This document shows positions 31,932 to 35,133 of a DNA stretch of 35,133 nt, piece after piece (position 1 is the first letter of the stretch; each line of letters opens with the position of its first letter). Position numbers and translations under genes: made by a program. This stretch comes from Candidatus Woesearchaeota archaeon (GTDB lineage Archaea > Nanobdellota > Nanobdellia > SCGC-AAA011-G17 > JAPLZO01): NCBI GenBank assembly GCA_043802295.1, contig JAZDLF010000002.1, forward strand, positions 1-35,133. Reading direction: 5' to 3'. The notes beneath the pieces were generated by a model. That model saw only the letters and a program-made list of their open reading frames with translations, had not been told where the DNA came from and did no database searches.

Positions 31932-31972
31932 AACCTATCTCAAAGCCGTGAGGCTTTGGACAGGAGGAAAAA

Positions 31973-33193
31973 ATGGCAGGAAACCATATTAACCCAAAAA
32001 ATAATAAGATAAATAAGTATAAAAAGTTTACTGAACTAAAATTCAATTTTGAAAAGCAACAACAAGATAGGAGTATCAGAGCCTATTCTCTTTTAGCTAA
32101 AGGAGATATACCACTAATTTTGAATAAAAATGAGTATTATGTTCCTTCTCAATCTGATATAAATAAAAAATACAAAGTAATTCATACAGATAAGTGGGAA
32201 TGTGAATGTTTAGATTTTAAGCATAAATGTGAAGATAATGGTTTGGTATGTAAACACATACAAGCAATCCAATTCTATCTAAAATTAAAAAATAAAGTAG
32301 AAATAGATGATTTAAACTTAAAAGATGAAACTAATAAAAAATTATGTCCTTATTGTAATTCTGAAAATGTAGTTAAGTTTGGTATAAGAAAGAATAAATT
32401 TGGAAATAAACAAAAATATTCTTGTAAAGAATGTAATAAAAAATTTGTTTTAGAACCAATTAAATATATTAAAGGTAATGCCAAATTAATAACTTTAACT
32501 ATGGACTTATATTATAAAGGATTATCATTAAGAGATATTAAAGATACATTCAAGCAATTCTATAATTTTGATGTAACCCATGAGACTATTAGAAGATGGA
32601 TAAGAAAATTTACTAAATTAATGAATGAATATACAGAAAAATTCAAACCACAATTAAGTGAAAAATGGCATATAGATGAACAAAATATTAAAGTAGGAAG
32701 AGAATGGTTATGGTCTTGGAATGTTTTGGATGAAGATACAAGATTTTTGGTAGCAAATAATGTAACTAAATCAAGATATATAAATGATGTAAAAGTTTTA
32801 TTAGATAAAACTAAAGATTTAAGCAAACCAAAACAAATAGTGACAGACGGCTTACAAGGTTATAAGAAAACAATTAAAAAATATTATGGATATAATCAAA
32901 AATTATGTAAACATAATGTAGAGCATATAAGAATAAATACAATAAAAGATAATATACATAATAATCTAATTGAAAGATATAATAATGAATTTAGGGAGTT
33001 CGATAAAGTAAGGCGTGGATTTGGTAATAAAGAAACAGCACAAGAATGGACTGAAGGTTTTGCTTTATTTCATAATTTTATCAAAAAAGGTATTGATGGT
33101 TTAACACCTTCAGAAAGAGCTAAAATACCAATAATATTAAATAATAATAGATGGTTAGATTTATTGAAGATAAGTCTAGAAGATGTCAAATGA
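31973..33193 (+). CDS. IS6/IS240-type DDE transposase with N-terminal SWIM zinc finger and zinc ribbon
   Basis: SWIM CxCx14CxH (CECLDFKHKCEDNGLVCKH). Zn ribbon (CPYCNSEN...CKECNKKF). DDE region WHIDEQNIKV ... IVTDGLQGYKK ... HNNLIERYNNEFREFDKVRRGF aligns with the IS26 WHVDETYVKV ... TDKAPAY ... NNVIECDHGKLKR. An AGGAGG motif lies 5 nt upstream. Confidence 0.85.
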   Translation: MAGNHINPKNNKINKYKKFTELKFNFEKQQQDRSIRAYSLLAKGDIPLILNKNEYYVPSQSDINKKYKVIHTDKWECECLDFKHKCEDNGLVCKHIQAIQFYLKLKNKVEIDDLNLKDETNKKLCPYCNSENVVKFGIRKNKFGNKQKYSCKECNKKFVLEPIKYIKGNAKLITLTMDLYYKGLSLRDIKDTFKQFYNFDVTHETIRRWIRKFTKLMNEYTEKFKPQLSEKWHIDEQNIKVGREWLWSWNVLDEDTRFLVANNVTKSRYINDVKVLLDKTKDLSKPKQIVTDGLQGYKKTIKKYYGYNQKLCKHNVEHIRINTIKDNIHNNLIERYNNEFREFDKVRRGFGNKETAQEWTEGFALFHNFIKKGIDGLTPSERAKIPIILNNNRWLDLLKISLEDVK

Positions 33194-33464
33194 TGATATA
33201 TTAGATAAAATATTTTTTATATTTATAGCTATAACAATTATTATCATTCTTATTTATCTAACGATTGATTTAATTTATAAACCAATTACAGAAGTAGATA
33301 TGACATTTTTTGGTTCAAGTTTACACATAAAAACAAGTAATCCTGATATAATTTATTTTACTATAACAATTTTTTGTCTTGCTATCGTTTTCATATTTTG
33401 GATAATTTATCATTATAGACTAGAATTAAAGAAACTTAAGCATCAATCGAATGTGACAAAATAG
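33183..33464 (+). CDS. Small 2-TM membrane protein at the right end of the element
   Basis: ORF track entry. It overlaps the transposase 3' end by 11 nt, and its 3' end covers the right subterminal repeat. Confidence 0.4.
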   Translation: MSNDDILDKIFFIFIAITIIIILIYLTIDLIYKPITEVDMTFFGSSLHIKTSNPDIIYFTITIFCLAIVFIFWIIYHYRLELKKLKHQSNVTK

Positions 33465-33474
33465 GGATTATATC

Positions 33475-33502
33475 AAATTTCAACCTAATTTAAGACAGAG
33501 CC
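33475..33502 (-). repeat. Right terminal inverted repeat (IRR)
   Basis: The reverse complement reads GGCTCTGTCTTAAATTAGGTTGAAATTT. A subterminal related copy (reverse complement TTGTCACATTCGATTGATG) lies at 33441-33459. Confidence 0.75.
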
Positions 33503-33510
33503 CTAAAACG
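33503..33510. repeat. Right copy of the 8-bp target-site duplication CTAAAACG
   Basis: Identical to 28850-28857. It contains the stop codon (CTA on the plus strand, TAG on the minus strand) of the MFS gene. Confidence 0.8.
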
Positions 33511-34633
33511 TCAAATGCAATAAAGTGCCTATAGCACTAAACACAAATCCAGAAGATAAATCATCAAAGATTAATACCAAACTTAATAATAATATCCTAC
33601 CACAACTCAAACATATTTCTCTAAAAACTAAATATTCAATAGCGCTTTTATTTTTATTAGCTTTATCATATGTTAAAGCACTAAATGGAACATCTATCAT
33701 TGTATAACTAATTCCAGCTAATGTTGCTATAATAAATAATTGCCATAAATTCTTAGCAAATAACAATATTATCCAAGACAATGCTGCTAAGAAACTGCCT
33801 AATCTTATTAATTTTCTTTTGTCTTGTATATCAGAAGTTCTACCTATAACAAACGCAAATAGAGCTGTAAAAAAGCCAACACCACTACTAATAAAACCCA
33901 ATTGAAGATATTTCTTTAAAAGAAAAAACGCAAATAAAGGTAATAAAACAGTTTGAGAATCACCTCTAGCACCATATCCAATAAAACCAGGAACATCTGC
34001 TAAATTATTTTTTTTAAAAATATTTTTAATATGATATTCTTGTTTTTCATGTTTAACTTTAATCATAAAAATAGGTATCACAGATAATATTAATGTTATT
34101 GTAACTAAGATAAATAAAATTCTATAATCTAAAAAGGTTAATATTATTCCACCTATTAAAGGCCCTAATAAACCTATAAAAATTGCTATAGAATACCATA
34201 TCCCGATTTGCTCTCCAATATGATCATGATCACTATATTTAGCAAATGTACTATGAAAAGAAATCCAGTAAAAAGAATTTGCTAATCCTCCTATTATAGC
34301 TATATAATATAAATTTATATTAATTTGAGTTAAATAATACAATAAAATATAAAATAATAAATATATTGGGGCACTAATTAAAATACAATATTTAAAACCA
34401 ATTTTATTGAAAATCTTAGCTGAAAATGGTGTTAATATTCCGAATGTAACCGAAAAAATAATATAAAACCATAAAACATTTTGTAAACTGTAATTAACTT
34501 CTCTTATCAAATATATTGGTATAAATATACCAATCATACTAATTGCTAGTGCTCTAATAAAAATAGAAATATAAATTTCTTTTAATCTTATATCTGGTTT
34601 AAAATGTAATAAATGCAAACTATGAATATGCAT
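33503..34633 (-). CDS. MFS-type transporter (about 12 TM)
   Basis: Polytopic membrane protein. The track start at 34648 is a TTG. The first ATG is at 34633 (MHIHSLHLLHF...). Confidence 0.65.
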   Translation of the reverse strand: MHIHSLHLLHFKPDIRLKEIYISIFIRALAISMIGIFIPIYLIREVNYSLQNVLWFYIIFSVTFGILTPFSAKIFNKIGFKYCILISAPIYLLFYILLYYLTQININLYYIAIIGGLANSFYWISFHSTFAKYSDHDHIGEQIGIWYSIAIFIGLLGPLIGGIILTFLDYRILFILVTITLILSVIPIFMIKVKHEKQEYHIKNIFKKNNLADVPGFIGYGARGDSQTVLLPLFAFFLLKKYLQLGFISSGVGFFTALFAFVIGRTSDIQDKRKLIRLGSFLAALSWIILLFAKNLWQLFIIATLAGISYTMIDVPFSALTYDKANKNKSAIEYLVFREICLSCGRILLLSLVLIFDDLSSGFVFSAIGTLLHLTF

Positions 34634-34716
34634 AATATTAATATCCAATAATTAGTATATAAAATATTCTTTTTAGGCTAATAATCTATTTATATTAACA
34701 ATAACATGATATTTAT

Positions 34717-34905
34717 ATGAAAGCATTTATAGAAATAATAATTGGTTTACTAATAATATTAGCTATTGTTTATTTTACAATATACTATCCAACATTCCAT
34801 ATTTGGGAATCTTTTAAAACTTTATTTAAAGGTTCTATTTTTGTTATACTAATTTTTATTGGGTTAATTATGGTAATAATTGGATTTAATGAAATTCGTG
34901 AATGA
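34717..34905 (+). CDS. Small 2-TM membrane protein
   Basis: ORF track entry, hydrophobic; weak support. Confidence 0.3.
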   Translation: MKAFIEIIIGLLIILAIVYFTIYYPTFHIWESFKTLFKGSIFVILIFIGLIMVIIGFNEIRE

Positions 34906-34945
34906 TAACAAAATCTTTATATATGACTAAAGTTTTCTTATTTAT

Positions 34946-35133
34946 ATGCATTTCATAATAATGTTGTGGGCATTATTAGTAATAGTATATTCAATTTTAC
35001 ATTTAACTTCTGAAAAACAAGCAAAATCATTTACAAAAAAATTTGCTAGTCTTACTTTAAACCAAAGAGTTATATTTAGTTTAGTCAGTTTCTTTATTGG
35101 CTTAATAACATTTTATTTATTTTACATAATAGA
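34946..35133 (+). CDS. Membrane protein, partial (runs off the window end)
   Basis: Hand translation from ATG 34946 (MHFIIMLWALLVIVYSILHLTSEKQAKSF...) stays open to the window edge. Confidence 0.3.
   Translation, partial: MHFIIMLWALLVIVYSILHLTSEKQAKSFTKKFASLTLNQRVIFSLVSFFIGLITFYLFYII

Larger units (their letters stand above)
28858..33502 (+). mobile_element. IS6-family-like transposable unit (4,645 bp) with one DDE transposase and about 3 kb of cargo
   Basis: The terminal inverted repeats share a 9-bp tip (GGCTCTGTC at 28858-28866; its reverse complement GACAGAGCC at 33494-33502) and match at 20 of 28 positions overall. A perfect 8-bp direct repeat flanks them. The internal transposase has the IS6/IS240 DDE signature. 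Confidence 0.8.

Noticed and set aside
32560-32826. 88-aa minus-strand ORF
   Set aside because: It lies antisense within the DDE core of the transposase.
33525-33707. 60-aa plus-strand ORF
   Set aside because: It lies antisense within the MFS transporter gene.

Overview
The window is AT-rich (about 25-30% GC by eye), compact and almost fully coding. It looks archaeal, most likely from a small-genome DPANN-type lineage. The archaeal markers are ribosomal protein L15e, class III (archaeal type IV pilin) signal peptides with a FlaI-type ATPase, a tRNA intron with a bulge-helix-bulge motif, archaeal-type ProRS and ADP-forming acetyl-CoA synthetase.

Gene content by region:
- 1-7557 (minus strand): one translationally coupled type IV pilus operon with four small pilins, an ATPase, an untracked 56-aa ORF, a split TadC/TadB-like membrane platform and two larger pilin-like proteins.
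- 7642-16764: housekeeping genes, namely the aspS-x-gatC-gatA operon, gatB and the tldD/pmbA pair.
- 16756-28772: both acetyl-CoA synthetase subunits, an amino-acid permease, an intron-containing tRNA-Arg, proS, several secreted or surface proteins (transglutaminase-like, a cadherin/Ig-repeat adhesin, a six-repeat propeller-like protein), a radical-SAM-like enzyme, a DHH phosphoesterase and rpl15e.
- 28858-33502: the accessory region, and the strongest finding. It is a 4,645-bp transposable unit with IS6-family-like terminal inverted repeats (tips GGCTCTGTC) and a perfect 8-bp target duplication (CTAAAACG). It has one IS6/IS240-type DDE transposase carrying N-terminal SWIM and zinc-ribbon modules. 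It also carries about 3 kb of uncharacterised cargo: two paralogous Cys-rich mini-proteins, two unknown proteins, a GC-rich structured non-coding island, and a divergent regulatory switch with a 26-bp perfect palindrome and an untracked ribbon-helix-helix ORF.

No rRNA genes or CRISPR arrays were seen. TGA is used as a stop codon throughout, often in ATGA stop/start overlaps. All functional calls come from motif recognition by eye; no database search was run.
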